DNA of 45,438 nucleotides from Octopus bimaculoides (Eukaryota). The notes below the pieces were generated by a model. It searched no databases and was not told the DNA's origin. It saw only the letters and a list, made by a program, of their open reading frames with translations. A program made the translations under genes and the position numbers. The stretch lies in assembly GCF_001194135.2 (NCBI RefSeq), contig NC_068983.1:62408074-62453511 (forward strand), read 5' to 3'. Positions 24,345 to 36,946 of this stretch are shown here, piece after piece. Numbering within the stretch: position 1 is the stretch's first letter; each line of letters opens with the position of its first letter.

Positions 24345-25590
24345 ACTTGAATTTAGCATGCAGAGAGTTACTACAAACAACACGGCTGGACACATCATCA
24401 GCAACAACACAATCGAGGAAGAGAACGAAAACAACAGGTCAACAGGTAAACGAATTCTTTCTAGCTGTAGTCATAGAAGAAACTACAAAACTCATTTCTC
24501 TATTTAATTGCAACAAAAAAGTGAAACAAAACCCCGCTGTTGGCTATATGAATCGATTGAAATCCTATTGGGACGATCTGCATCTAGAATTAAATTATTT
24601 TACTGCGAAGCAACTACGCCAACAAGCAACATCTGTAGAATATAGAAAGAAGGTTAGTAAACCTAACTTTATTAAAAAATCGAAAATTAATCTGCTTCCC
24701 AACTCTATAAACAAAAAGGAAAACGTGAATGATATAAGACCACCACGTGGTTTCGCAGCTAACGACATTCTAACAGATTCTGTAGTGCCTGCCAGTCAAA
24801 CTACATTGCTGGCTCAAGTAACTGACCACTGCCCCTCTACTACCACTATGGTAAATAGCAGGCACAACCGTAACGATTATTGTAGTAGTAGTCAGGATTA
24901 TATTTCGGTGAAATGTGTCCTTACTGAAATTTTCCGAGAAAAAAATAACTTTGGCTTTGTAGTACTCTCTCGAGGAAAGAGTATTCTCTACTAAAGTAAG
25001 TAAAAAACCACCAGATACAGTATTAAAAGCTGTTAACGAAATTGATGATGAATATTTACTGCAGTGTGACGAACCCACATGCATGCAGATTAACGTCTGT
25101 CTATGTGCTCTGGCTACTACTGTCAAACAGGTCATGAATGATATTCAAAAAGTAAACAAAACCGAAATAACAAAGAAAGTACCATCATGGGTTTTGAAGA
25201 CAGAGAAAAAGATAACTAGTCATGTAATGGTGCTTATTGCATCCAAACAAGCAAATCACTATACGTCCCACCAACAGAAAGTAAAGAGGGAGATAGAAAT
25301 GATGTTTAGAGAGAACAAAAAGAGGATACTCACTTGCAAACTGATTACCATCAAGCAGGAGCTAAAAGCTGTCAGTGAAAAACTCTGACATCAGAAGACA
25401 ATAACCGAGAGAACAATAAACAAAGAAATTAACCGCAACCAGGCAGCAGTATACAGAGACATGAGAGGACGAGCAGTAAACATCACGGAAGCTCCTTCAC
25501 GAGAAGACATAAACTCCTTCTGGAGTAAAATGTGGAGTGAAGAGAAGGAATTTAACCAAGATGCTCTGTGGCTGGAAGAAATCCGAAATC
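24345..25590 (+). mobile_element. Dong/R4-type element, N-terminal ORF region upstream of RT, 3'-truncated
   Basis: GYMNRLKSYWDDLHLELNYFTAKQLRQQA, VPSWVLKTEKKI, KEINRNQAAVYRDM, PSREDINSFWSKMWSEEKEFNQDALWL. The last motif is homologous to KTEEIKGFWKKI at about 8770. Confidence 0.75.
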
Positions 25591-25659
25591 CTGCGTTACA
25601 TCCAAGACATACAATATTAATGGTGAACTTCTTGCAAATGTATTCCATGTGTTCAATTG

Positions 25660-25775
25660 ATATTTTATCGATATTTTATCGACCCCAAGACGATAAAAGG
25701 CAAAGTTGACCTCGGCGCAGCTTGAACTCAGAATGTAAGGATAAACGAAATGCTAACGATTCTGCCAGTGCATCG
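25660..25775 (-). mobile_element. Decayed SINE family A fragment
   Basis: TTTATCGACCCC...AAAGGCAAAGTTGACCTCGGCG...TGAACTCAGAA. Confidence 0.75.
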
Positions 25776-25969
25776 CTTGTTTCTTTGCTTTAATATGATG
25801 TTAGCAGCATCTGCCAGGAAGGCATGATTAACGGAAAGAAAAAGAGAAGAGAGCTACCTAAAAGGTGGAGATAACATCACTGCATGGACAGCGGCAACGA
25901 TCTAAAGTCGGTGCTTATTCTGCGCTAGGCAGAGGTAGCGATAAGTGAGAATGTATAATGAGTAAAAAC

Positions 25970-26265
25970 TCCTTTCAGTCATGAATGAGCATGGGATTGC
26001 AACTGGAAAGTTCCTTTCCAAGGCACAAGTCTGGACAAGGTTGTTTATGGAAGACCAGCAGTCGTCCATGCATACTAGCCCGTCCCCCGCTCCACGCCAC
26101 CGATGTTATCCAAGAGAAAGACAAAAGCCGACACAGCGTGGCACCCGTGGCGTCGCAATTCATTTCTACAGTTGAATGAACTGGAGAAACATGAAATAAA
26201 GTGTCTTGCTGAAGAACACAACACACAGCCCGGTCCGGGAATCGAACTCTCAATCTTGAGAATAT
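25970..26265 (-). mobile_element. SINE with tRNA B-box, V-like centre and a distinct 3' tail
   Basis: Minus strand GAGAGTTCGATTCCCGG...GCAAGACACTTTATTTCA. The centre is shared with the 6601 and 32540 elements but the 3' half differs. Confidence 0.75.
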
Positions 26266-27435
26266 TTCATATATNNNNNNNNNNNNNNNNNNNNNNNNNN
26301 NNNNNNNNNNNNNNNNNNNNNNNNNNNNNNNNNNNNNNNNNNNNNNNNNNNNNNNNNNNNNNNNNNNNNNNNNNNNNNNNNNNNNNNNNNNNNNNNNNNN
26401 NNNNNNNNNNNNNNNNNNNNNNNNNNNNNNNNNNNNNNNNNNNNNNNNNNNNNNNNNNNNNNNNNNNNNNNNNNNNNNNNNNNNNNNNNNNNNNNNNNNN
26501 NNNNNNNNNNNNNNNNNNNNNNNNNNNNNNNNNNNNNNNNNNNNNNNNNNNNNNNNNNNNNNNNNNNNNNNNNNNNNNNNNNNNNNNNNNNNNNNNNNNN
26601 NNNNNNNNNNNNNNNNNNNNNNNNNNNNNNNNNNNNNNNNNNNNNNNNNNNNNNNNNNNNNNNNNNNNNNNNNNNNNNNNNNNNNNNNNNNNNNNNNNNN
26701 NNNNNNNNNNNNNNNNNNNNNNNNNNNNNNNNNNNNNNNNNNNNNNNNNNNNNNNNNNNNNNNNNNNNNNNNNNNNNNNNNNNNNNNNNNNNNNNNNNNN
26801 NNNNNNNNNNNNNNNNNNNNNNNNNNNNNNNNNNNNNNNNNNNNNNNNNNNNNNNNNNNNNNNNNNNNNNNNNNNNNNNNNNNNNNNNNNNNNNNNNNNN
26901 CTCCCTCTCTCTCTCCCTCCCTCTCTCTCTCCCTCTCTCTGTGAGTGTGTGCATGCATGCGCGCGTTCGTATGTGTCTCTATGTTTAATGTTCGAAGAGT
27001 TTAATTTTAAAGTGCTACTCCTTTGGTGATGCCAAGGATTTTAAAGATCGCTGGAATGATAAACATTACATATATTTAGACAGGTCTTAGAACAGTAAGG
27101 ACAACCACATACCATTGTATCACTGTCTTAAGAATGGGGACAAAAAGCAACAATATCACTGAAAACAAAGCAACGAATTTACCTCAAACTTGTAATTTAA
27201 TTTTACCGGCGCAGATAGCTTATTGAGCATTTTTTAAATTCTTTTATTTGTTTTTGTCATTTGACTGCGGTTATGCTGGAGCACTGAATTGTTTTTTTTT
27301 TAACAAGTTATACCATATTGTTCAAGTTTAACTATTTAAAAATTATTTTCCTTATCTAACAATATATGCCACCATGCTTAATTTGCACAAACGCACACAC
27401 ATACACATACACATCATATGTGCAAGAAACAGACA

Positions 27436-27617
27436 AAATCGCTTGACAACCGATGGTGGTGTGTTTACGTCCCCGTAACTTAGCGGTTCGGTAAAATAGA
27501 TCGATAGAATAAGTACTAGGCTTCCAAAGATTAAGTCCTGGGGTCGATTTCGTCGACTAAAGGCGGTGCTCCAGCATGGCCGCAGTCAAATGACTGAGAC
27601 AAGTAAAAGAGTAAAAT
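27436..27617 (+). mobile_element. SINE family B, 3' half
   Basis: Matches the 3' half of family B; a further tail fragment lies on the minus strand at about 27240-27287. Confidence 0.88.
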
Positions 27618-28299
27618 GTTAATCAACTTTTATAAGGAGTAAAAATAATTCTATTGTTGTCTGACATAATTGTGAAGTAATTACACCGATTGTTTTGCTT
27701 TCTATACAGTCTAAACATGTAAACGTTCAGATTACGTCCCTCTCTTTCAAAATTCCGTTGTATTTCATATGGAAATTTTGGCCCTCCACAGTTTTCTTGG
27801 TATATAAATCGACGTATCTTTTGGGACTGTAAATTATGGTTTGAGAAATTCGATTTGTATGGCAGAAAATACAGTAATCATATCACTTTCAAAAATAAGA
27901 GCAATACACCTGAATAAAAATATCTCACCTTTCCAAATACATATGTTTAGTGTGCTTTGGGTGAAACAGAAACACATAGGATACCAAGGCAGTCATGCCT
28001 TTTAGAAAAGTATTGCTTGATTCCGCTTCACTTAGCAGAGAGGAATAAAACCGGGTCATATTTTCTGCTGTCAAAGCTTATAACCTGATAAACCTCGCAC
28101 GATATATTTCCAGTATCATATCAGTATGCAATCAAATAATGCTAAACGAATGCATTTGATTAATATCTGAATATATTACCATATTTCCCACTAGCAGCTA
28201 ATGACAAGTAATCACAAATTAATGTAGCGTTTCATATCAAGCGTTATCGAAAGTTCCTTATCAAACAATTCGTTAGCATCTACTCGAATTCTTGAACCC

Positions 28300-28305
28300 A
28301 GACTA

Positions 28306-28353
<48 letters not shown>

Positions 28354-28363
28354 GATCGATCTA

Positions 28364-28404
<41 letters not shown>

Positions 28405-28450
28405 ATGTATGTATGTATGTATGTATGTATATATGTGCGTGCGTGTGTGC
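28300..28450. repeat. (ATCT)n(GTCT)n(ATGT)n compound microsatellite
   Basis: Directly visible. Confidence 0.95.
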
Positions 28451-28744
28451 GTACAATACATATAAGCATATTCATTTCGTGGATTTTTTTTGTATTAAAT
28501 TGCTCTCATATCTGAATTATGAAGAGTTTTTCCAAGAAATAATTGCTGATCAGAAAGAATAGTAGGTGGCATCACTGTTTCTTTCTTACATCTTATTCAA
28601 CGTTTAAACGTCATGTTTTAGCTCTTTTGGGACAGAAGTTAGTGTGTGTATATTCATACATGCATAAATGTATATATTCATACATAAGTATGTGTATGTA
28701 TGTATGTATGTATGTATGTATGTATATCTGTCTGTCGTATGTAT

Positions 28745-28860
28745 AATCTTTTACTTGTTTTAGTCATTTGACTGCAGCCATGCAGGAGCACCGCCTTTAG
28801 TCGAACAAATCGACCAGGACTTATTTCTTGTAAGCCTAGTACTTATTCTATCAGTCTCTA
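28745..28860 (-). mobile_element. SINE family B, 3' fragment
   Basis: TTTTACTTGTTTTAGTCATTTGACTGC... matches the family B tail. Confidence 0.85.
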
Positions 28861-29009
28861 AGCGAAAACATTCGAAGACTCTCAATGAGTCATCGATTCA
28901 TCGTTGAATCTTTCGTCTCCATGTAATATATTCTCCGCAATAAATGATACATCCCAAGTAAAATGAAATATTGGTTTCAAATTTTGTCATAGGGCCAGCA
29001 ATTTCAGAA

Positions 29010-29185
29010 GAGTGGGTTAAGTCGCTTACATCGAACCCAGTGCTCAACGGGTGCATTTTTATTGATCTCCAAATGTTGAAAGGGGAAGTCAACCTCGGCG
29101 GAGTTTGGAGTCAGAACGTAAAGATGGACGAAATGCTGCTAAGCATTTTGCCAAGAATACTAACAATTTTGCCAACTCGCTGCTT
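29010..29185 (-). mobile_element. Diverged SINE family A
   Basis: TTAAGTCG...CATCGAACCCAGTG...GTCAACCTCGGCGGAGTTTGGAGTCAGAACG. Confidence 0.75.
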
Positions 29186-29479
29186 TATCCGAAGTAAAAT
29201 GAAATATTGCAAAAAAAAAAGAAAAAAAAATTAAGCCTATTTCGTCATCTTGGTTTACCAGAGGAAATATTCCCAAACTGTAACACTCACACAATTTTAT
29301 ATAAGAATATGGTAACAGAGATCGCTAGTAAGAACCAAACACGTAGTGGTGAGAGCTGAAATACAGAGAAAATGGCTCAACGATTTCGTGGTTTACTTCA
29401 CATAATCAAATCCTCTCAAACAGAAACAAGAAACTTTATAATAGACACGGTATTTCTACTTATTCGGATACTTGTTCAT

Positions 29480-29828
29480 GGGTAGGTTAAGTGGTTAGAA
29501 GCCCGCTTTGCAACATGTAGTCTCGGCTTCAGTTCCACTGTGCGTCAAATTGGGCAAGGGTCTTCTGCTATAGCTCCGGGACAACCGATTCCTTGTGAGT
29601 GGATTTGGCAGACAGAGACTGTGTGGAAGCCCATCGTATATTATACGATATTTGCGTTGGTCTATTTACGTTCCATAATGTAGCAGTTCGGCAAAATAGA
29701 GTGATAGAATAAATACCTGTCTTTAAAACGTAAGTATTGGTGTCGATCTGTTTGATTAAAACCCTTTAAGGTCGTGTCCCAGCGTGATTGCAGTCCAAGG
29801 ACGACTAAAACAAGTAAACGATAAAAGA
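29480..29828 (+). mobile_element. Diverged SINE family B
   Basis: TTGGGCAAGGGTCTTCTGCTATAGC...CCTTGTGAGTGGATTTGG and a family B-like tail. Confidence 0.8.
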
Positions 29829-30839
29829 TATACTGTGGTACGTAACGTGATGTCATTGTTAATAGCTAAGATATTTCTGCATGATGATGAGAAAATACTT
29901 TGAAAACAGAAAGTCAATTATAATTATAATTATATGTGGGTATTTTAGTAACATCAATCCAATCCAATTAAAGTATATAGTTGAAATAAAGTCCCGAAAA
30001 GTGAATCGAGGTGAGTATCATAAGACGATTTTAACAGATCGTAGAAGGGTTTTCTTTAGCAACAAATATCTTTGATTGAATCGTAAAAATTGTCTTTCCA
30101 CAGCATCTAAATTTATCCTCTATCGTGGCTAATCGATAAGATAAACATTTGCTAGATATGATGTCAGAATCAAGAAAGCAGGTGCCAAGTTAACAACTGT
30201 AACTGTTAGTGCAACTCACTTCCATGCAAGAAAGTAGTGTTTGATTACAGACTCATGGTAGAGAATTTAGTGTACTCGGCATCAGGCCTTGTTAGTTAAA
30301 GATAGATTCAATGGCAAAGAGTAAACTAAACAGCTTTAACGTGTATTAATCAGGAAAGCAGACAGACTTATCCAAAATTAAGCTTACTTTATCACTTTTT
30401 TCCTGTCAACTCGGCAATTCTCATTAGAAAAACAAAAATAAAAATAAAAGGTATCATTGATATAAATAAAGTCTTTGATCCTAACGAAGTCCTCAAAATC
30501 TTTTCAACCTCGTATTTAGGAAATAACATCTAATGTTTCCTCATTTTAGTCATTTTCCTTTTTTCTCTTTCTTTTTTGCTTTCCTTCTTTCTTCGTTTAT
30601 AACAGTAATGATATTGACGAAGGTAAATATCGACAATGGGTTCAACAAAAAGATGTTGCTTTAACAAATGACTGGATGCGATGAAGTAAATGGCTACTTC
30701 ACACAGTGGCATAATCTTTGCCAAAGTTAGGTTGAAACGATGCAAATTTGCTAAATGAAAAACTGGTAAATCCATAATGAATCAGTTGGCTAACAAAGCT
30801 AGTTAAGTTTTTCCAATAACAATAACAATAATACACTAG

Positions 30840-31033
<194 letters not shown>

Positions 31034-31895
31034 TTCCAATGTGAACATTCACTGTTACCATTATTGAATAACATCAAAGAAATACAGTAAACACTTGCAG
31101 AGCCGCAAATAAGTCGAGACTATGAACCGGTTTCGATTCATTTTATTTACATCGATAATGACCTCTGGAAAAGTATATATACTGAAGAGCACAATATACT
31201 ATTTGCAAAAATATATATCTATATATACAATTTGTGCCTAATCAAAGGAAATTAATAATAATGTTCTGCTCTACACTAACGCGAAGTCACAAGTTTGTAC
31301 GTTAACTGAATTGTACGCGACTGGTATTTATTTTGAAAATAATGGACTACAAAAGACGTCTGTCTCTGATGAGAATATGTTTTTAGGTTGAAAATTGATA
31401 ACAGAATAAGAACAATAGCAATACCAACAACCAAACATATAATCTATGTCACAAAATAAGCATTAAAATGGAAGTGTCAGAGTTCGAAGAATGTTAAATA
31501 TGACAATGCAAGAGGGAAAAAAAACAAGAATGAATTAAGTGAAATGGCTTGACGGGGAAATTGAAACTTCAGAACCATTGATTCATTGAAGCAATGAAAG
31601 GAAGTCAGTGTACAGAATTAAATATCATAAACCTATAACGTTAAATCTAGAACACAGAAGTGCAAAGTGGTTTCGATTTCTATTTGCTGCTAATTTATTT
31701 CTTTAACGCCAATAATGAAACTCATTTGTACTTTTCCTAGTAGAGAAGAACTTAGTAATATTGTTAGCATGAAGCCGATTAAATGGACCTGAGTATATTA
31801 CTGATAGTTATTCTTGATTAGTAATAACCATACAAATGACACACTTCTTTTGTTAACTGTCAGACGGTTGGAAGTTTAAAGATATCCTATACACA

Positions 31896-31947
<52 letters not shown>

Positions 31948-32049
31948 CATATATGAGAGAGAGAGATGCTTTTATGCGGATAAACAAATTAGATATATTA
32001 AATATAATAGTTTGGGTATGAAATACAAAATGTGTATATAGATATACAT

Positions 32050-32423
32050 GCAAAACAAGAGAAAGCGGAGACTTTCAGACGATGAATATTTAAGTACAAA
32101 TATACAGACATTTATGTTAACAGATCCAACTAACAGAGTACAAACGACAAAGAAAATTAAAAGGAAGGAAGAAAGGTGTTATAAGTCCAACAGCTGTTTC
32201 TGTGGGCTTGGAGATCCACCATAATGTTGTTAGATGTAGATCATCACAATATGCGGCCGTAATGGAAGCAATTAACATTGGATAAGTTGAGCCTCCGTCT
32301 GCTCAATCTGATCCCCTTTATAGCCATTCTTTACCCCATAGAATTGATCCCCTGTAAAGTGTATAAATTTGAATCATTTGAGCACTACTGTCTTCTGCAC
32401 TGAGAATTTCTGAATCTCATGAG

Positions 32424-32428
<5 letters not shown>
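32050..32428 (-). mobile_element. Probable Penelope-like 3' remnant with a hammerhead-like motif at 32186-32233
   Basis: Minus frame KGDQIEQTEAQLIQC*LLPL resembles the end of a PLE endonuclease. It is followed on the same strand by GTGG-ATCTCCAAGC-CCAC-A-GAAACAGCTGT, with a palindromic stem III and a decayed core. Abuts (TA)n. Confidence 0.45.
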
Positions 32429-32492
<64 letters not shown>

Positions 32493-32539
32493 CACGAAGA
32501 ATGAAGGCTGTACTCGGTTTCGACCACGAGTGCTCTAGG

Positions 32540-32820
32540 TCCCTACGATTAATCAATCAGCCTGCTCGTGACATTAACGTGCAAGTGGCTGAGCACTCCA
32601 CAGCCATGCATATCCCTAACCTAGTTCTCAGAAAGATCCAGCATGGCACAGAGTGTGACAAACTAGCCATTTTATTTACAGGTACAACTACTTTTTCCAC
32701 CTGAGTGGATTGGAGTAATGAAAATAAAGTGTCTTGCTCAAACATTCAATGCACCACCAGGAATTGAATTCATGACCTTACGATCGCGAGTCGAATACTC
32801 TATCCACAAACCGTGCGCTA
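32540..32820 (-). mobile_element. Mosaic SINE: tRNA head, V-like centre, family C-type 3' end
   Basis: Shares GCAAGACACTTTATTT with 25970 and CAGCCTGCTCGTG...AACGTGCAAGTGGCTGAGCACTCCACAG with 36085 and 41983. Confidence 0.75.
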
Positions 32821-32889
32821 GAAATAATGTAGAAGTGTAGAAGTGACTGTATCGCACTACTAACACAAAAGTAGCACTCAGTGTTGAGC

Positions 32890-32957
32890 TCTAAACCTTT
32901 AATATATTTGGTAGTGCAGTATGGTTGCAAAATGAAATACGGTATCTCTGCCAGCAG

Positions 32958-33009
<52 letters not shown>

Positions 33010-33071
33010 TATTAATTGCTGTTAGGGATACCATATTTCATTTTGCAACCATAATGTACTACTAAAGGTTT

Positions 33072-33074
<3 letters not shown>
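32890..33074. mobile_element. Hairpin/MITE-like element with ~60-bp inverted arms around (CT)n(AT)n
   Basis: Arm 32890-32957 is the reverse complement of 33016-33074 (TATGGTTGCAAAATGAAATA vs TATTTCATTTTGCAACCATA; CTAAACCTTT vs AAAGGTTTAG). Confidence 0.7.
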
Positions 33075-33166
<92 letters not shown>

Positions 33167-34089
33167 AATAAATGCGTACATACTAATATATTTATGCATG
33201 TGTGTGTATCATGTCTGTGTGTATTGAGCTGAAATTATCTCTACCTGTTTTCGTTTTCTTTTCTGGTTCCTCCACTCGTTCCTATATTGTACTCAGTATT
33301 CAAAGTCGTACGACTTCGTCTTCTATTCTAGCGATGCTTATAATCACCGCTTCTCTGAAGTTGAATCGTTCTGTGCTTTCCTTTGACCTAAACTTTTATG
33401 TTTCTGGATAACACCGCTGACGTGGAGGTTTCCATACCTCTTCTTCCCTTTCTCTTATTTGTTTTCTATGTGATATCACGTTTATTAATATTCATTTTTT
33501 TAACGAACATTGTTTCTGTTTTGTTCAGTAATAGTTTCCTCTCATTATAAGGTGCAGTATCTTTTACTTCTGTCCATAGTTTGCTTTCTTCCCTTCTCTT
33601 CCTGTATCTTTCTTTCTCTCTGCCTCCCGTTCTACTTCTGGTACCGGTCTGCTCGTCTCTGTTCATCCTTTCTTTTCGCGAATGCCTTAGTGTTCGCATG
33701 TCTTATGCTCCTCCCTGCATCAGGTGATATTCTTTTAACATTTCCCCTCCATAGCTTTTGTGTTTGTATTTTTCCCCGTTTGCTTTCATCCTAAGTTGAA
33801 TAATTCCGTCTTTTCTATGTTGAGCTGCCATAATCTGTATTTCTCTAACATTTTTTGTTTTTACTTAGTTGTTGATCTCCGTATTTTTAAATCGTAAAAT
33901 TTAAATATTTTAAATAAAGTAGTGCACATTCATTATTTTAAAGATATGCTTTCTAAACACTCTTTATTTTACACTTGCTATATGAACTTTTATGCTATCT
34001 TATCAATTAAATGTTTCATAAGAAAATACAATTTCAAGTAAACTTAACATAAATTTTACAGTTTGTATAAAAGGAAAACAAATCACAAT

Positions 34090-35016
34090 ATGTCACAATA
34101 TCTCATCCTAAAATAAAAGTATATAAAAAAACCACAAAATATCGACTCGATTATGGCTGGGAGATAACAGTTTACTCCAAGTAGCCGCTCTTAACTTTCA
34201 CCTCAGCCTCAAGACGGCTCCTGACCCTGGCGCACGTATTTCTGGAAAAGTCTTCGAACATCTCTTAGATCTTGGGCACTCGGTGTTAGTATTGCAAATG
34301 TTAGTTCTCAAATGCACCCCAGATATAGTAATCCATAGAATTAAAATCGGAGGAATTTGGAAACCAGAAATTGGGCTGGTGAAGTCGTATAAATTCTCCG
34401 ACAATCACTTCTAAGTTTTTCCGGAACCGAATCCCGTTGCCACACTTATAGCCTTCTAGCAACAATGCTCTCCTGTCTGGGATTAGCCACCAGCAACTTC
34501 ACATAGCTGTCGGAACTGAACCTAAATTCCTGTTTAAAAGTATGGGGATGAATCCCAGCGTTCGGAGCTGGCTGTCAGATTGCTTACTGTGACTCTTCTT
34601 GCTGGTCGCAACTTCGTAGTCTCCGTTGTAACTGTCCGTGTCATTCACGTCTTTACAGTGTTCACAGAGCATTGAGCAGCAATCATGATTTCGGTATTTT
34701 GATACCCTGCGGAAATCATTATGATGCAAGTAACTCTTTTCCAATATTCAGATGGCTTCCAGTCCGCCATATCATCTAAATATTTCTCAGTTATAACTTT
34801 AATCCTTAAGCTCTCCAACTCCGTCGACAAATCAACAATACATCAAGCTGTTCCTGTAAAAAGGAGACATAAAATATCTTCAAATTTAGCCCGAACACTC
34901 AGTGCAAACTATTTAAGAACTGCTACAACGCTACGCTTTTCATTACAAATTTATTGACTCTCTCACCACTTCATTGTAGACACTATCCCCGTGTCCTTTG
35001 GACACCATCTTAGAGA
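34090..35016 (-). mobile_element. Internally deleted Tc1/mariner (maT/DD37D-like) transposon remnant
   Basis: Minus strand MADWKPSEYWKRVTCIIMISAG, VWQRDS (resembling WQQDSAP), SENLYDFTSP..W.PNS.DFNSMDYYIWG and CARVRSRLEA...GYLE*. TIRs were not identified. Confidence 0.85.
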
Positions 35017-35395
35017 AAATTACTCAGCTAATAAAGTCGTGACGCAATTACTGCTATTATATTACTACTACGACTATTAACACTGTAGCTCTAATAGTTT
35101 ATTACAGTTAACACTTCACAGTACCACTTCAGTCACGAACACACAGCTACAGGCTTTCAACCACACAACTAAAGCCATAATGATTAAATGCAGAAATACA
35201 GCTAAGCATAAGTAGTGGTTGATTCTCCGTTGGTTTTCGATGATGAGGTTTAAGTTGTTTGATTACCTGAACTTTCACTTGTGAAATTAACGTATAAGCG
35301 GTTAAGTATTCCACAAGACAGTTGTACTCTTTATGTAATTCTCAGGTTGAATCAGTGGGATATGCGAAAAGACAGGAGTTTGAATTACAAGCGCA

Positions 35396-35465
<70 letters not shown>

Positions 35466-36084
35466 GGAGTGAGGAGTGAGAGATAGAGAGAGATAATCAG
35501 TTTTATGACTGAAGTAGTATTTAATTTATGACACCCGATCAGATGCAAAGTTGACATCAGCAATATTTGAACTCAGACCGAATGAAGTCAGCCATTCATT
35601 CCGATGTGAAAATTCTCTGCTTTCACAACTACAGATAATGCTCTGCTTGTTCACTTACATCCTTAAGAACACATTACACTATCTGAGCTCTATTATGCCA
35701 TTACAAACTTTACTACAAATACCACTTCAACAATATAGTTAGTTGCACATGAATATTATTGGTATCACCACAGTATTAGAACATCCACTACGCCTGCAAC
35801 CATATCTTGACAAATGCTACTATACCACCATTACGCCACTATACTAATGGTTCAGTGAGGAATCTTCTATGTGGTCACCTAATCTGCTAGAAAGTGTAAC
35901 TAAATCTACTTCAAACAACACTGCTGAGTCTTAAAATAGGAGGTACACATTGAATAAAGACAGAATACATAAAAGAATAGTTGGCCACAGAAGGAAACAC
36001 TTTGGTGTTTAGATCTGCTCGATCAAGACAGAATTTGAGCTAAACAACACCAACAATAACAACAACATCACACTTCTATAGCCA

Positions 36085-36480
36085 CATTTGTTGTTGTTGT
36101 TAGCACTCCGTCGCTTACGACGTCGAGGGTTCCAGTTGATCCGATCAACGGAACAGCCTGCTCGTGAAATTAACGTGCAAGTGGCTGAGCACTCCACAGA
36201 CACGTATACCCTTAACGTAGTGCTCGGGGATATTCAGCGTGACACAGTGTGACAAGGCTGACCCTTTGAATTACAGGCACAACAGAAACAGGAAGTAAGA
36301 GTGAGAGAATGTTTGGTTGAAAGAGTACAGCAGGGTTTGCCACCATTCCCTGCCGGAGCCTCGTGGGGATTTTAAGTGTTTTCGCTCAATAAACACTCAC
36401 AACGCCCGGTTTGGAAATCGAAACCGCGATCCTATGACCGCGAGTCCGCTGCCCTAACCACTGGGCCATTGCGCCTCCAC
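36085..36480 (-). mobile_element. tRNA-derived SINE family C with (AAC)n tail
   Basis: Minus strand begins GTGGAGGCGCAATGGCCCAGTGGTTAGGGC...GGTTTCGATTTCC; homologous to the 41983 copy. Confidence 0.9.
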
Positions 36481-36689
36481 ATAGCCACATTTAATCGTTA
36501 CAAGAAACACTATACAATTACAGCTTCCACATTATTACGGTACACCCAATTCCTGTGATAACAGCACGACGGAAATAGCTTTGATGGCGATCGATACCAG
36601 AACATACGTATATTCAACTCACTTGCTGATATGATTTGAAATACAAATATAGTTTTACACTTCAGTTTACACTAATGGTTGAAATATTT

Positions 36690-36946
36690 CATGAGGTATC
36701 ATGTAAGTTTTTCTCAACTACAACTTTAATCCTTATGCTCTCCAACGCCGTCGATAGATCAACAATACATCAAGCTTTTCCTGGAAAAAGGAGACATAAA
36801 ATATCGCCAAATTCAGCCCGAACACCCTGAATAAACTATTTAAGGATTGTTACAACGCTACTCTTCTCATCACAAATTTGTTGACTCTCTATCACCACTT
36901 CATTGTAGACACTGTCACTATGTCCTTTGGACACCATCATAGAGAC
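36690..36946 (-). mobile_element. 5' end fragment of the same mariner-like family
   Basis: Aligns with 34780-35016 (CAACAATACATCAAGCT...AGGAGACATAAAATATC...CCTTTGGACACCATC). Confidence 0.85.

Noticed and set aside
7065-27830. Other possible exons (7065 TPAASYCYFGNCCCY*, 12679-12754, 17689, 27710)
   Set aside because: Each has a plausible AG and/or GT, but there is no recognisable homology or independent support. Such sites are expected by chance in 45 kb.
31110-31165. Hammerhead-like GAAACCGGT palindrome on the minus strand
   Set aside because: No convincing stem II, catalytic core or adjacent Penelope frame.
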